Counted from the stretch's first letter, positions 10,660-20,160 are shown. The stretch is DNA of 64,000 bases from an uncultured Candidatus Saccharibacteria bacterium (GCA_964394505.1 CAYMXR010000001.1:9878-73877), one strand, 5' to 3'. Notes: a model not told the origin generated them from the sequence alone. Numbers and translations are program-made.

Positions 10660-11748
10660 ATGACAAATACAAATCAAAAAGAGACTATTAAATCTTATGA
10701 AAAGCTTGTTACAAAAAACTTGGATAAATCTCGTGTCGAGATAAGCGCTTCGATACCTGCAGAAGTTTGGGAAGAAAATCGAGCCAAAGCCCTCAAAAAT
10801 CTAAATGATTCTGTAACCATAGATGGTTTCCGCAAGGGCATGGTTCCAGAAAATATTTTGATAAACAAAGTAGGTCAAAATACCATTAATGAAGAGATGG
10901 CAGAATTGGCACTCTCGAAAGCTTATCTTGATATTTTGATCGATAACAAGATAGATGCTGTCGGTCGACCACAAGTACAAATTACAAAACTTGCTTCCGG
11001 CAATCCCCTCGAATTCAAAGCGACAACAGCTGTAGTTCCTACTGTCAAACTTCCAGATTACAAAAAGATTGCCGAGAAAGAGACAAAAGCGGATGCAAAA
11101 AATGAAATTAAAGTTGAAGAAAAAGATCTTGATGAAGCTATTTTGAAGATTCGTAAATCTCGTGTTTCACACGAAGGTCACGATCACGAAAAGATGACCC
11201 CTGAAGAACATGAAAAGGCAATCCTCGATTCTCTACCAGAATTCAACGATGAGTTTGTACGCGGTCTTGGTGACTTCAAAGATGTAGAGGATTTCAAGAC
11301 AAAGGTTCGTGAAATGATTGGTCAAAACAAGAGAGATGAAGCTCGTGAAAAGTTGCGCATCAAGATTGCCGATGCCCTCCTAGAAGCTACAACCATCGAG
11401 CTTCCCGAGATTATGATAGAAAGTGAACTTGATCGCACTCAAGCACAATTCTCCGGAGATATAGAAAAAATGGGAGTGAAACTTGAAGACTATCTCAAGC
11501 ATGCCAAAAAATCTCTAGAAGAGATCCGCAAAGAATGGACTCCTCATGCTGAGAAAAAAGCAAAATTACAATTGATCCTAAATGCAATAGCTGATACTGA
11601 AAAGATCAAGCCTGATCCAAAAGAGATAGAGGATGAAGTAAAACATATCATCGAGCATTACAAAGATGCTGACCGCGAAAGAGCTTCTACTTATGCGGAG
11701 ACCGTGCTAACCAACGAGAAAGTTTTCAGGATGTTGGAGGGAAAATAA
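10660..11748 (+). CDS. tig: Trigger factor, short form
   Basis: IDGFRKGMVP ribosome-binding loop and C-terminal SurA-like domain; FKBP domain appears absent. Confidence 0.9.
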   Translation: MTNTNQKETIKSYEKLVTKNLDKSRVEISASIPAEVWEENRAKALKNLNDSVTIDGFRKGMVPENILINKVGQNTINEEMAELALSKAYLDILIDNKIDAVGRPQVQITKLASGNPLEFKATTAVVPTVKLPDYKKIAEKETKADAKNEIKVEEKDLDEAILKIRKSRVSHEGHDHEKMTPEEHEKAILDSLPEFNDEFVRGLGDFKDVEDFKTKVREMIGQNKRDEAREKLRIKIADALLEATTIELPEIMIESELDRTQAQFSGDIEKMGVKLEDYLKHAKKSLEEIRKEWTPHAEKKAKLQLILNAIADTEKIKPDPKEIEDEVKHIIEHYKDADRERASTYAETVLTNEKVFRMLEGK

Positions 11749-11833
11749 CAAATACTGAAGTTGTTTACCTCGAGCCTCATGATCTGAGCTGGTCGAAGGT
11801 TTCGAGAGGCACCTCAGTGAAATCCGCCAGAAA

Positions 11834-12586
11834 TTACATCAACACCTTCGATAGGGCAACGACTGCGGCTGTCTCAGCACGCAAAATCTGTTTACCAAGG
11901 CTGCAAATCGAGACCTTGTTAGCGTGAAACATGTCTAGCTCAGCCGTCGACCACCCTCCTTCTGGCCCTATGAAAACAGCTAGCGACTGTCCGGCGAGGT
12001 CTGACCTCGCCCCACCATCTGTATGAAAAGCAACACCTCTGATAGATTCTGAGCCATCATTTGCGACAGGTTGAGAAAAAACCTGGGCGAGGTCAGACCT
12101 CGCCGAATGTACCACCGGTACATCACCCCTCCCACACTGTTCACTCGCCTCTACTGCAATTTTTTGCAGGCGTTCCATATTCAAATCTTTTTTTTCACTC
12201 CGTTCTGTGATAACTGGAACAATATCGGTAACACCGAGCTCGGTTGCTTTTTCCGTAATCCACTCAAATTTATCTTTTTTTACGACCGCCTGATATAAGA
12301 CAACTTTTCGCGTTGGCATAAATCGGCTAGGTCGGACCTCGCAGACTGCTAAATGCAATTGGCTCCCTCCGCGAGGTTTTTTACCCCGAGCGAAGTCGAG
12401 GGGAACCTCAAGGAGAACACATTCAAAATCATTACCAGACCCATCGAAAACTACAATCTTGTCGCCAGAACCCAAACGGAAAACTCGACTGATCTGATTT
12501 ACAAGTTCAGGCGAATCGATAACCAACTCTTTTTTTGAGCCAATTTTTTCTGTGATGTAAAATCGATGAAGTCTCATTTTGATCAC
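11834..12586 (-). CDS. rsmE: 16S rRNA m3U1498 methyltransferase RsmE
   Basis: EKATELGV, EASEQCGR, FIGPEGGWS, LGKQILRAETAA. Confidence 0.95.
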   Translation of the reverse strand: MIKMRLHRFYITEKIGSKKELVIDSPELVNQISRVFRLGSGDKIVVFDGSGNDFECVLLEVPLDFARGKKPRGGSQLHLAVCEVRPSRFMPTRKVVLYQAVVKKDKFEWITEKATELGVTDIVPVITERSEKKDLNMERLQKIAVEASEQCGRGDVPVVHSARSDLAQVFSQPVANDGSESIRGVAFHTDGGARSDLAGQSLAVFIGPEGGWSTAELDMFHANKVSICSLGKQILRAETAAVVALSKVLM

Positions 12587-12623
12587 TGAGGTGCAACCTC
12601 AGTACTGAGGCTTCCCCTCAGTG
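12586..12623. repeat. Tandem CTGAGG..CCTCAG palindromes
   Basis: cactgaggtgcaacctcagt followed by actgaggcttcccctcagtg. Confidence 0.8.
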
Positions 12624-12631
12624 TTAAGCCA

Positions 12632-13213
12632 CTATTTTTTGGTCATTACTACATGATCGATAATTCCATACTTCTTTGCCTCCTCTGCATCCATGAAGAA
12701 ATCACGGTCAACATCTTTTTCAATACGCGCGACGGTTTGACCAGTATTCTTTGCTAGGAGTTTGTTCAATATACCTCTGGTCTTCAAAATATGTTTAGCG
12801 CTGATCTCAATATCCGAAGCTTGTCCTTCTGCCCCACCCAAAGGTTGGTGAATCATCACCTCAGAATTTGGTAAAGCTGTTCTCTTGCCTTTTGTTCCCG
12901 ATGATAAGACCAAGGCCGCACCAGAAGCAGCAATTCCGACACAGACTGTCGAAATATCATTTTTTATATAATTCATCGTGTCAATAATAGCCAGAGTTGC
13001 CGTTACTGAGCCTCCTGGAGAATTGATATACAATGAAATTTCTTTCTTTGGGTCTTCTGATTGCAAAAACAGTAATTGGGCGATAATGAGGTTGGCAATA
13101 TGATCATCTATCACACCACCTAGAAATATGACATTTTCTTTGAGTAGGCGTGAGTAAATATCGTAGGCGCGCTCACCAAAACTTGATTTCTCTATAACGG
13201 TTGGTATTAACAT
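12632..13213 (-). CDS. clpP: ATP-dependent Clp protease proteolytic subunit
   Basis: [23 protein letters not shown] (catalytic Ser), MIHQPLGG. Confidence 0.97.
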   Translation of the reverse strand: MLIPTVIEKSSFGERAYDIYSRLLKENVIFLGGVIDDHIANLIIAQLLFLQSEDPKKEISLYINSPGGSVTATLAIIDTMNYIKNDISTVCVGIAASGAALVLSSGTKGKRTALPNSEVMIHQPLGGAEGQASDIEISAKHILKTRGILNKLLAKNTGQTVARIEKDVDRDFFMDAEEAKKYGIIDHVVMTKK

Positions 13214-13371
13214 GGTATTTATTGGTTAAATTATGTGTTATTGACACATCCTACATCACGTGACCTCTTTTTTCAAGTCGTTGCAATATCCATCCGTTTC
13301 AGCTAATTCAAAAACTAGACAACTTACTTATTTAGTTATAAGATACAATTGTTACTAAATTTTAATTTTGA

Positions 13372-13486
13372 TATCGCTTTTTACGAACTTTTCGTGACTT
13401 TCCAACTTATGAAATATATTGAAACAGAGCCACAATCGATCACTCATATGTTACATTCACAACCTTAGTTCGTAATAGGCGGATCC
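13372..13486 (+). ncRNA. Candidate 6S-like RNA or structured rny leader
   Basis: Long irregular hairpin with central bubble immediately upstream of rny (see findings). Confidence 0.4.
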
Positions 13487-13495
13487 AAACCGCAT

Positions 13496-15025
13496 ATGTC
13501 ACTAAAACTAGTCGCACTATATCTCTCCATCGCCGGAGTAGTCGGTGTAGCTATTGGTTACTATCTGCGACTGATCATCTCTTTAGGCAAAAAGGGTTCC
13601 ATGGAACTCGAAATAAAGGAAATGCTCCTTGCTGCCAAAGAAGAAGCAAAGAAGATCACCGCAGATGCTGAAGCCAAAGCCACAAAGACTCACGATGATG
13701 CGAGATTAGAAATAAAAGAGAAAGAGGATAAAATTCATCAGACCGAAGACCGTCTCGCAAAAAGAGAGGATCTTTTGGATAAACGTCAGTCAGATATAGA
13801 CAAAGAAGTAGAGTTGATCAAACAACGCGTAGCAGAGATAAAAGCTATTCGTGAAAAGACAGACAAACTCGAAGAAGAAAGAAAGGCTTCCCTAGAAAAG
13901 ATTGCTAAACTTTCCGCCGAAGAAGCGAAAGAGCAACTTTTTAAACTTGTAGAAAAACAATCCGAGGAAGACATCTTTATTAGAATGAACAAACTAGAAT
14001 CTCAGGGCGAGGAGATGTTGGCTCAAAAGGCTCGCGACATATTGGCAATATCTATACAAAGACTCGCTTCATCGGTTGCACAAGATGTCATGTCTACATC
14101 CTTAGAGATTCCAAGTGATGATGTAAAAGGCAAGATTATAGGAAAAGAAGGTAGAAATATCAAAGCTTTCGAACGTATTACCGGTGTTGAAGTCATGGTT
14201 GATGACACTCCGGGAGCGATTACCATTTCTTCATTCGATCCCGTCAGGCGTCATGTTGCAAAAATGGCTCTAGCAGAACTCATCAAAGACGGTCGTATCC
14301 AACCAGCCAAGATTGAGCAAGTTGTAGAAAAAGCAAAGCAGGATATAAACAAAACTATTAAAGAAAAAGGCGAACAAGCTGCTTACGATTGTGGAATTAT
14401 TGGCTTAGATCCTAGAATTCTCCTTATCCTAGGCCGTTTACACTTCAGAACAAGTTATGGCCAAAATGTCTTACAGCACTCCATAGAGATGGCGCATATA
14501 GCTGGCATGATCGCCGAGGAACTTGGTGCAAATGTTCAGGTAGCCAAGGCTGGTGCCTTATTACACGATCTAGGCAAGGCCCTTGACCACGAAGTGGCTG
14601 GAACTCACGTCGAGATAGGTAGACGCATCCTACAGAAGTTTGGAGCCGGAGAAGAGATCATAAAAGCTATGCAAGCTCATCACGAGGAGTATCCTTATGA
14701 GACGGTAGAATCACGCATAGTCCAAACCGCAGATGCTATCTCTGGAGCAAGACCAGGAGCAAGACGGGATAATATAGAAAACTACCTAAAAAGACTTGGT
14801 GATCTAGAAGCCCTAGCCAATTCATTCCCTGGTATCGAAAAGTCCTATGCCCTACAAGCAGGCCGTGAAATCCGTATCTTCGTGAAACCAGAGGACATCG
14901 GTGATGTAGAAGCAAAGACTTTGGCTCGAGATATAGCGCTCAAAATCGAGAAAGATCTCAAATACCCAGGTGAAATCAAGGTTACGGTTATACGAGAGCT
15001 TAGAACCATCGAGTTCGCGAGATAA
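13496..15025 (+). CDS. rny: Ribonuclease Y
   Basis: N-terminal TM, coiled coil, KH (KGKIIGKEGRNI), HD (LLHDLGK), YALQAGREIR. Confidence 0.97.
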   Translation: MSLKLVALYLSIAGVVGVAIGYYLRLIISLGKKGSMELEIKEMLLAAKEEAKKITADAEAKATKTHDDARLEIKEKEDKIHQTEDRLAKREDLLDKRQSDIDKEVELIKQRVAEIKAIREKTDKLEEERKASLEKIAKLSAEEAKEQLFKLVEKQSEEDIFIRMNKLESQGEEMLAQKARDILAISIQRLASSVAQDVMSTSLEIPSDDVKGKIIGKEGRNIKAFERITGVEVMVDDTPGAITISSFDPVRRHVAKMALAELIKDGRIQPAKIEQVVEKAKQDINKTIKEKGEQAAYDCGIIGLDPRILLILGRLHFRTSYGQNVLQHSIEMAHIAGMIAEELGANVQVAKAGALLHDLGKALDHEVAGTHVEIGRRILQKFGAGEEIIKAMQAHHEEYPYETVESRIVQTADAISGARPGARRDNIENYLKRLGDLEALANSFPGIEKSYALQAGREIRIFVKPEDIGDVEAKTLARDIALKIEKDLKYPGEIKVTVIRELRTIEFAR

Positions 15026-15276
15026 CTTCTAAATAGTGCAAAGTGAAAAGTGAAAAATGCAAAGTTCTGTCGCGTCTGCGATTTCACTTTGCATTTTGCA
15101 CTACTAAATTTGCATTAATATATGTCACATGTCAATCCACAACCATGGTTGCTTATAATACGGCTTACTATATAATTATAGCCATGGATCGAGACTCGTC
15201 TGCTCTCCCCTCGGAGATAGCGGTGCGGGGCGAGACCAGTTCGAGATTAATAATTATTAGAATAATAAAAACAACT

Positions 15277-15549
15277 ATGAACAAAGCAAGTATTGTTGAT
15301 GCAGTTCACGCAGTTCTAGCAGGAACAAAGGTTCAAGCAGAACAAGCAGTAGAGACAGTCATTAATAGCATTATTGACTCTCTAAAGAAAGGTGAAGAAG
15401 TTTCTATCGCAGGTCTCGGTATTTTCTCAGTCAAGCAAAGAGCCGCTCGTGAAGCACGCAATCCTCGCACAGGTGAGGCCATCAAGGTCCCAGCTATGAA
15501 AGTTCCAAAGTTCCGCGCAGCAAAGGCTTTGAAGGATGCGGTAAAATAG
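15277..15549 (+). CDS. hup: DNA-binding protein HU
   Basis: MNKASIV...GLGIFSVKQRAAREARNPRTGEAI...PKFRAAKALKDAVK; true start 15277. Confidence 0.96.
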   Translation: MNKASIVDAVHAVLAGTKVQAEQAVETVINSIIDSLKKGEEVSIAGLGIFSVKQRAAREARNPRTGEAIKVPAMKVPKFRAAKALKDAVK

Positions 15550-15615
15550 CACGCTTAGGTATTTCAATTTACAAAGTAACAAAAAACCCTGAGCATGTCG
15601 AAGGGTTTTTTGTTA
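15545..15615 (+). repeat. 71-bp direct repeat, copy 1 (includes hup terminator)
   Basis: 67/71 identical to 18850-18920. Confidence 0.95.
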
Positions 15616-15629
15616 TTTGAGCACAAACC

Positions 15630-16172
15630 TCAAAACCTCATTTCGTACCAGTCTAAGCCATAGATATCCTGAATTAATATCCTTTCACCCTTTGCCCATG
15701 TCTTATTACTCTCCAAACCAAGAAGACTGATGGCCTTTTTAACACTCTTTTCGCTTGGACCTTCAACCTCGAGAAATGCAGGCATTCCTGGATATTGGTC
15801 TATATCAAATGTCCAATCTTTTAATGAAAAGGTTGTACGAATTTTTTCTTGATGCGCATATTTCTCAAGCCCGATTTCTTGAAATAAATCCGATAATTGC
15901 TCCGGTGTATCAATATTAAAATTTATTTCTTTATGTTTTCTTACACCATTAGAAATATTTGACTTTGCTTTCCAAGTCACCTCGTGCTTCCCTTCAGAAT
16001 TCGACCTTATTCGTAAAAACCAAAGATCCTCACCCTCCTTCGTACCAATTGGTCTATACCAATCGACTGTTAAGGTAGTTTTCTGTATCTTTTTTGCCTT
16101 CAATAAAATTAGTGACTTAATAACTTTTTTCTCATCAATATCCAAGACTTTTGTTTCAATTTCGAATGCCAT
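15630..16172 (-). CDS. CYTH-domain protein (class IV adenylate cyclase/triphosphatase fold)
   Basis: N-terminal EIETK (ExExK), LRIR, EKIRTT, FDID, FLEVEG. Confidence 0.85.
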   Translation of the reverse strand: MAFEIETKVLDIDEKKVIKSLILLKAKKIQKTTLTVDWYRPIGTKEGEDLWFLRIRSNSEGKHEVTWKAKSNISNGVRKHKEINFNIDTPEQLSDLFQEIGLEKYAHQEKIRTTFSLKDWTFDIDQYPGMPAFLEVEGPSEKSVKKAISLLGLESNKTWAKGERILIQDIYGLDWYEMRF

Positions 16173-16176
16173 AAGA

Positions 16177-16623
16177 TTATTTAATCTCGTTACGAATTAG
16201 CTCTGAAACAACTCTCAGTTCTTCTTCAGGATTTTGTTCTCGGCTACCAGGGCGGTATAAAAATTTCCTTGGCTCATATTTGGTGATACCATCATCGCCG
16301 GCTTTTCTTGGTAACATGTGCAAATGAAAATGCGGAATCGATTGCCCTGCTATCTCACCTTCGTTCCATGCATAATTAAATCCCTCGGCTTGAAATACCA
16401 CGGTCAGTGACTTCTTCAATTTATTACAAATATCAAAAATGGCAGATTTTTCTTTGTCAGTAAGATCTTCAAAAAATGCGACGCAACGAAGGGGCGCTAT
16501 CAAGACATGTCCAGGTACTATGGGGATATTTGTTGGAAACGCCCACGCTAGATCATTTTTTATAATCATTCTTTCTTTAATAGCCGGGATACTGCAATAC
16601 GCACACCGTGCTTTATTTTTCAT
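16177..16623 (-). CDS. HIT-family nucleotide hydrolase
   Basis: CAYC, PGHVLIAP, AGQSIPHFHLHMLPR. Confidence 0.93.
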   Translation of the reverse strand: MKNKARCAYCSIPAIKERMIIKNDLAWAFPTNIPIVPGHVLIAPLRCVAFFEDLTDKEKSAIFDICNKLKKSLTVVFQAEGFNYAWNEGEIAGQSIPHFHLHMLPRKAGDDGITKYEPRKFLYRPGSREQNPEEELRVVSELIRNEIK

Positions 16624-16736
16624 GGGATAACTATATCAATAGAAGGAAATATATCAAAATAATACTACTTTGGTAGCTTATATATAAAAAACCACCCGCA
16701 CCGATCGCGAGTGGTTGTGAGGTAACCCGGAGCTGC

Positions 16737-17033
16737 CTACTTCTTGAAGCAGACAATGCCAAGACTATTGATACCGATTACCCCTTTGGCCACATTGATT
16801 ATGCTGATGTATTGATCTTCCCTTTCGTTATGGGATATCAGTCCCAGGAGAAACGCAGCCAACGAACACATAAACCCGACACCTAAACCAAACAACGCTG
16901 ACCGCCAAAGATCAAAACCCAACGACAGTGTACCCACCAGCCCGCACACCAATGCAGACCACGGGGTAAATGACATAAAAGCCATACTGAACCAGAGCGC
17001 AGCCTTGAAATGCAGCAGTGTCAATTTCTTCAT
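16737..17033 (-). CDS. Small hydrophobic orphan membrane protein
   Basis: 2-3 TM segments, AGGAG SD upstream, hairpin/T-tract downstream. Confidence 0.6.
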   Translation of the reverse strand: MKKLTLLHFKAALWFSMAFMSFTPWSALVCGLVGTLSLGFDLWRSALFGLGVGFMCSLAAFLLGLISHNEREDQYISIINVAKGVIGINSLGIVCFKK

Positions 17034-17098
17034 ACAGTCTCCTACGTTTGATTGTTAACGAACATTGCTCTATGAATCCACGACATCATGTCATGGAC

Positions 17099-17902
17099 TC
17101 AATTGAACAACTCCTTTACCTTTCTAGGAGTAAAGAATCTATCTTTATAATACGAATCTTCTTTGAACCCTGGCTTTATTCTAAATTTCTCATACTCCCT
17201 GTACCCCCGCGTTGAGTCAGTCTTATTTACAACATATTTTGCCAATTCGTATGGATCCAACCAATATCTCTGCTCGGCATCTGTATCTGTAAAGACAAAG
17301 GGTCTTGTAATAACTTCATGCGGACACAAAACAGAAGAAATACTAAAAACAAGCATCGACATATTACTATTATCAGAAACTGTCTTGATCATATATTCTT
17401 TAACTTTCTCTATCGTTTTCCACCACGATTGATGAACAAGTGGACGATGTTTATCTGCAATCCCAGCGAAAATAATGCATTTACTTTTACCTTCCCAACA
17501 TTTATTCAGTGTAGATGTGGCTGAAACAAATGATTCAAAAGTTAGTCTGTTAACCTCATCATTAATTCCGTCGCCATTATTATCATTTTCAATTTTGATA
17601 GAACCATTATTATCAACCTCAAAGGGATACAAACCTAGAGCGTGAACATATACCAACTCGCTGACACAAGAATAATCAATCTCTTTGAATAGTCTTCCGT
17701 AGTCTAAGCCTTCTCCGATAGAACAAATCAAAGTCGCCAAAGGCATCTTGCCACCTTTCAAAAACACTTCTACAGGCTGAGCTTTCCTACTTATACCGTA
17801 GATCACAGTATCTTTTCTTTGGCCATAGGCAGCAAACAAAGCACTACCAATAGCACCAGTGACGCCAGAAATTATTACTAATTTTTTCTTGTTATTTTTC
17901 AC
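17099..17902 (-). CDS. Rossmann-fold (SDR-like) protein
   Basis: VIISGVTGAIGSAL dinucleotide-binding motif; GTG 17902 probable start (ORF open to 17923). Confidence 0.7.
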   Translation of the reverse strand: MKNNKKKLVIISGVTGAIGSALFAAYGQRKDTVIYGISRKAQPVEVFLKGGKMPLATLICSIGEGLDYGRLFKEIDYSCVSELVYVHALGLYPFEVDNNGSIKIENDNNGDGINDEVNRLTFESFVSATSTLNKCWEGKSKCIIFAGIADKHRPLVHQSWWKTIEKVKEYMIKTVSDNSNMSMLVFSISSVLCPHEVITRPFVFTDTDAEQRYWLDPYELAKYVVNKTDSTRGYREYEKFRIKPGFKEDSYYKDRFFTPRKVKELFN

Positions 17903-17924
17903 ACCCAAATTATCCCACATCAAT

Positions 17925-17980
17925 TTGACAATGTCATATAAAAGTTGCTATATTGGGTATTAGTAAACTTTTTGTTTACT
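17925..17980. promoter_or_regulatory. Divergent promoter region with operator-like inverted repeat
   Basis: TTGACA-18-TATATT; perfect IR AGTAAAC-N5-GTTTACT at 17962-17980. Confidence 0.55.
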
Positions 17981-17999
17981 TTAGCGTATAATATAAGCC

Positions 18000-18851
18000 A
18001 TGAATATACTTAAACCGAAACATATTGAGGAACAAATAATTAACCTTCTCGTAGGTGGTGAGAAATCCACAACCTCTCTTCTCGAACTAATGAGTACAAA
18101 GGTAAAGATAACCAAACAAGGCTTTTATGCTTCACTCCGAAAGCTTCGAGCCAATGAAACTGTCGTGGTTTACAAAGGCAAAGTCTCTCTAAATACAACT
18201 TGGATAGGCAAGATGCGCGATCTCGTGGAAATGATGAGCCGTACATATACCGCTGAGCCATATTCATCTGACTTTCTAAACCTTAACGACAAAGAAAGTA
18301 TTTCCTATTCATTCACTTCTATAAAAAGTTTGGATTCTTTTTGGGGTCATGTTCAAAATATCTTAATTCACAACACCAATAAAAATGAACCTATATACTG
18401 CTACGATCCACATTATTGGCTCTATCTAGTCCGCAGAGACACGGAAAAGGCCTTACTCAAAGAGATTGTAAGTATAAAAAGACAATTTCTGATGAGTAAT
18501 GGAGCGAAAAACAAACTTGACCGACTAATTAAAACAGATTTCAACAGCAATTATTTACAATATAATTACAAAAGACTGTTCGAAAAAGAAAATTACTATA
18601 TTACCGTTATCGGTGATTATATAACCGAAGTGTATATCGATGAAAAAGTTGCCAAGGATATTGATGCTATCTATAAAAATGAAGGTCTAGATACCAAAAC
18701 AGCAATTGAACTTCTAGCCGAATTCCTGCATTCAAGGACACGCAACAGGATCAAGATATCCAAAAATGCAAAACGGGCAATTAAACTAAAGAAAATGATG
18801 GGAAAAGACTTTTTTGTGATGGGGAGAAAAATAGAATCAGAGAGTCACTAA
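18000..18851 (+). CDS. Putative winged-helix transcriptional regulator with C-terminal effector domain
   Basis: N-terminal wHTH-like ITKQGFYASLRKL; divergent from the SDR-like gene. Confidence 0.6.
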   Translation: MNILKPKHIEEQIINLLVGGEKSTTSLLELMSTKVKITKQGFYASLRKLRANETVVVYKGKVSLNTTWIGKMRDLVEMMSRTYTAEPYSSDFLNLNDKESISYSFTSIKSLDSFWGHVQNILIHNTNKNEPIYCYDPHYWLYLVRRDTEKALLKEIVSIKRQFLMSNGAKNKLDRLIKTDFNSNYLQYNYKRLFEKENYYITVIGDYITEVYIDEKVAKDIDAIYKNEGLDTKTAIELLAEFLHSRTRNRIKISKNAKRAIKLKKMMGKDFFVMGRKIESESH

Positions 18852-18920
18852 TATCACGCCTAGGTATTTCAATTTTCAAAGTAACAAAAGACCCTGAGCA
18901 TGTCGAAGGGTTTTTTGTTA
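18850..18920 (+). repeat. 71-bp direct repeat, copy 2
   Basis: 67/71 identical to 15545-15615. Confidence 0.95.
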
Positions 18921-18941
18921 AAGCAATTAATCTGCCTGCGG

Positions 18942-19370
18942 TCACTTGCCCTTTTGTTGCGTCCGTCTTAAGCCATCAATATTGTCCATTGAAGCTTGTA
19001 TCCTTCTCGCAAGAATCTTATCATCGTAGAAATACTCACAAACGATCCTCATTTGTGCTGTATTCATTTTCAAATTTCTTTTTCTAAGAAATTCATCTCC
19101 GTGTGCGTCTATAATGTGAAGATAAAATTCTCTAGCTCCCTCCAAATCTTTTTCTTTATCAAAGCTTGGTTGAACCTCATGATCAATAAGTTCACGCGTT
19201 GCAACCAAACATTCTTCAAAAAATTCTCTAGCTTTTGTTGCATCTTCTGGTGAGCCGTGGTCTGCATTCCACAATTGATCGATACATGTTTGTAGCAAGG
19301 CAACTCTTTCGGCTTCTAATCTTTTTAACGAATCTTCATTACTTTCTGGCTCTGGCATGGCTTCACTCAT
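18942..19370 (-). CDS. Hypothetical protein
   Basis: 142-aa ORF downstream of tRNA-Gly. Confidence 0.65.
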   Translation of the reverse strand: MSEAMPEPESNEDSLKRLEAERVALLQTCIDQLWNADHGSPEDATKAREFFEECLVATRELIDHEVQPSFDKEKDLEGAREFYLHIIDAHGDEFLRKRNLKMNTAQMRIVCEYFYDDKILARRIQASMDNIDGLRRTQQKGK

Positions 19371-19451
19371 ATAATTAATTGATTAAGTATTAATGTATCA
19401 ATTTTAAAGTTAATTACTATTAATTACAACATGTAAATTATGGATCATTTT

Positions 19452-19525
19452 TGGTGCGGGATGGGAGAATCGGACTCCCGACCACAGTTTGGAAAACTGT
19501 TATTATACCATTTAACTAATCCCGC
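19452..19525 (-). tRNA. tRNA-Gly(TCC), CCA encoded
   Basis: GCGGGAT acceptor; anticodon arm ACAGT-TTTCCAA-ACTGT; T arm GGGAG-TCCGATT-CTCCC; ends ACCA. Confidence 0.92.
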
Positions 19526-19559
19526 TATTTCTAGTTAACAGCAAAATCAATACTAGCAA

Positions 19560-19994
19560 TTATTTGTTATTTTCGCCAGAATTATCGACAACTGCTTCTT
19601 TTATCTCCACGATATTCTTTTCTATCTCTTTTATTGTATTTTGAATTTCTTTAAGCTCAATTCCCTCTTCTTTGATCTCCTTTTCAGTCTTTTCTGCCAA
19701 TTTCTTTTCGCCACTCATACCACTGATGAGCACCGTATCGCCAATGAAATAAGAGACAAAGAGTCCTGAAGCTAGAAGTATCACGGTCACAATAACCAAG
19801 TTGTTTGGCTCATAAAATAACCAGCCCAACCAACCTCCTTGAGCTTGAAGCATGTCTGCTGTATGCCAGATCCCTCTCCAAAAAAGCACAATCGCTATGC
19901 CGCCAATAAATGTATACAAAATAGGGTGATGACTAAGACGCCCCCTCACTTTATCTTCAAATTTATCAAAATAATTAATTATTTTCTTAAACAT
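19560..19994 (-). CDS. Hypothetical membrane protein (2 TM + coiled coil)
   Basis: IVLFWRGIWH, two TM helices. Confidence 0.75.
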   Translation of the reverse strand: MFKKIINYFDKFEDKVRGRLSHHPILYTFIGGIAIVLFWRGIWHTADMLQAQGGWLGWLFYEPNNLVIVTVILLASGLFVSYFIGDTVLISGMSGEKKLAEKTEKEIKEEGIELKEIQNTIKEIEKNIVEIKEAVVDNSGENNK

Positions 19995-20087
19995 AATTCA
20001 AATTGTAACATACTCATGCGTAAATTTCCCAAAGAAAAAGAGGTGCCTTATTTTTAAGATTTAAGATTTGAGATTTTATATTTAATG

Positions 20088-20160
20088 TCGGAGCGCCGGG
20101 ATTCGAACCCGGAGTCGCCTCTTCCCAAAAGAGGAATGTTAGCCGTTACACCACGCTCCG
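20088..20160 (-). tRNA. tRNA-Pro(TGG)
   Basis: CGGAGCG acceptor; CCTCT-TTTGGGA-AGAGG; GGTTCGAATCC. Confidence 0.95.

Noticed and set aside
15043-15276. N-terminal extension of HU in the ORF track (similarly for nusA, pilB, rpsO, rnpA, ruvC, dnaA)
   Set aside because: Upstream in-frame non-coding or repeat DNA; conserved proteins begin at later ATGs
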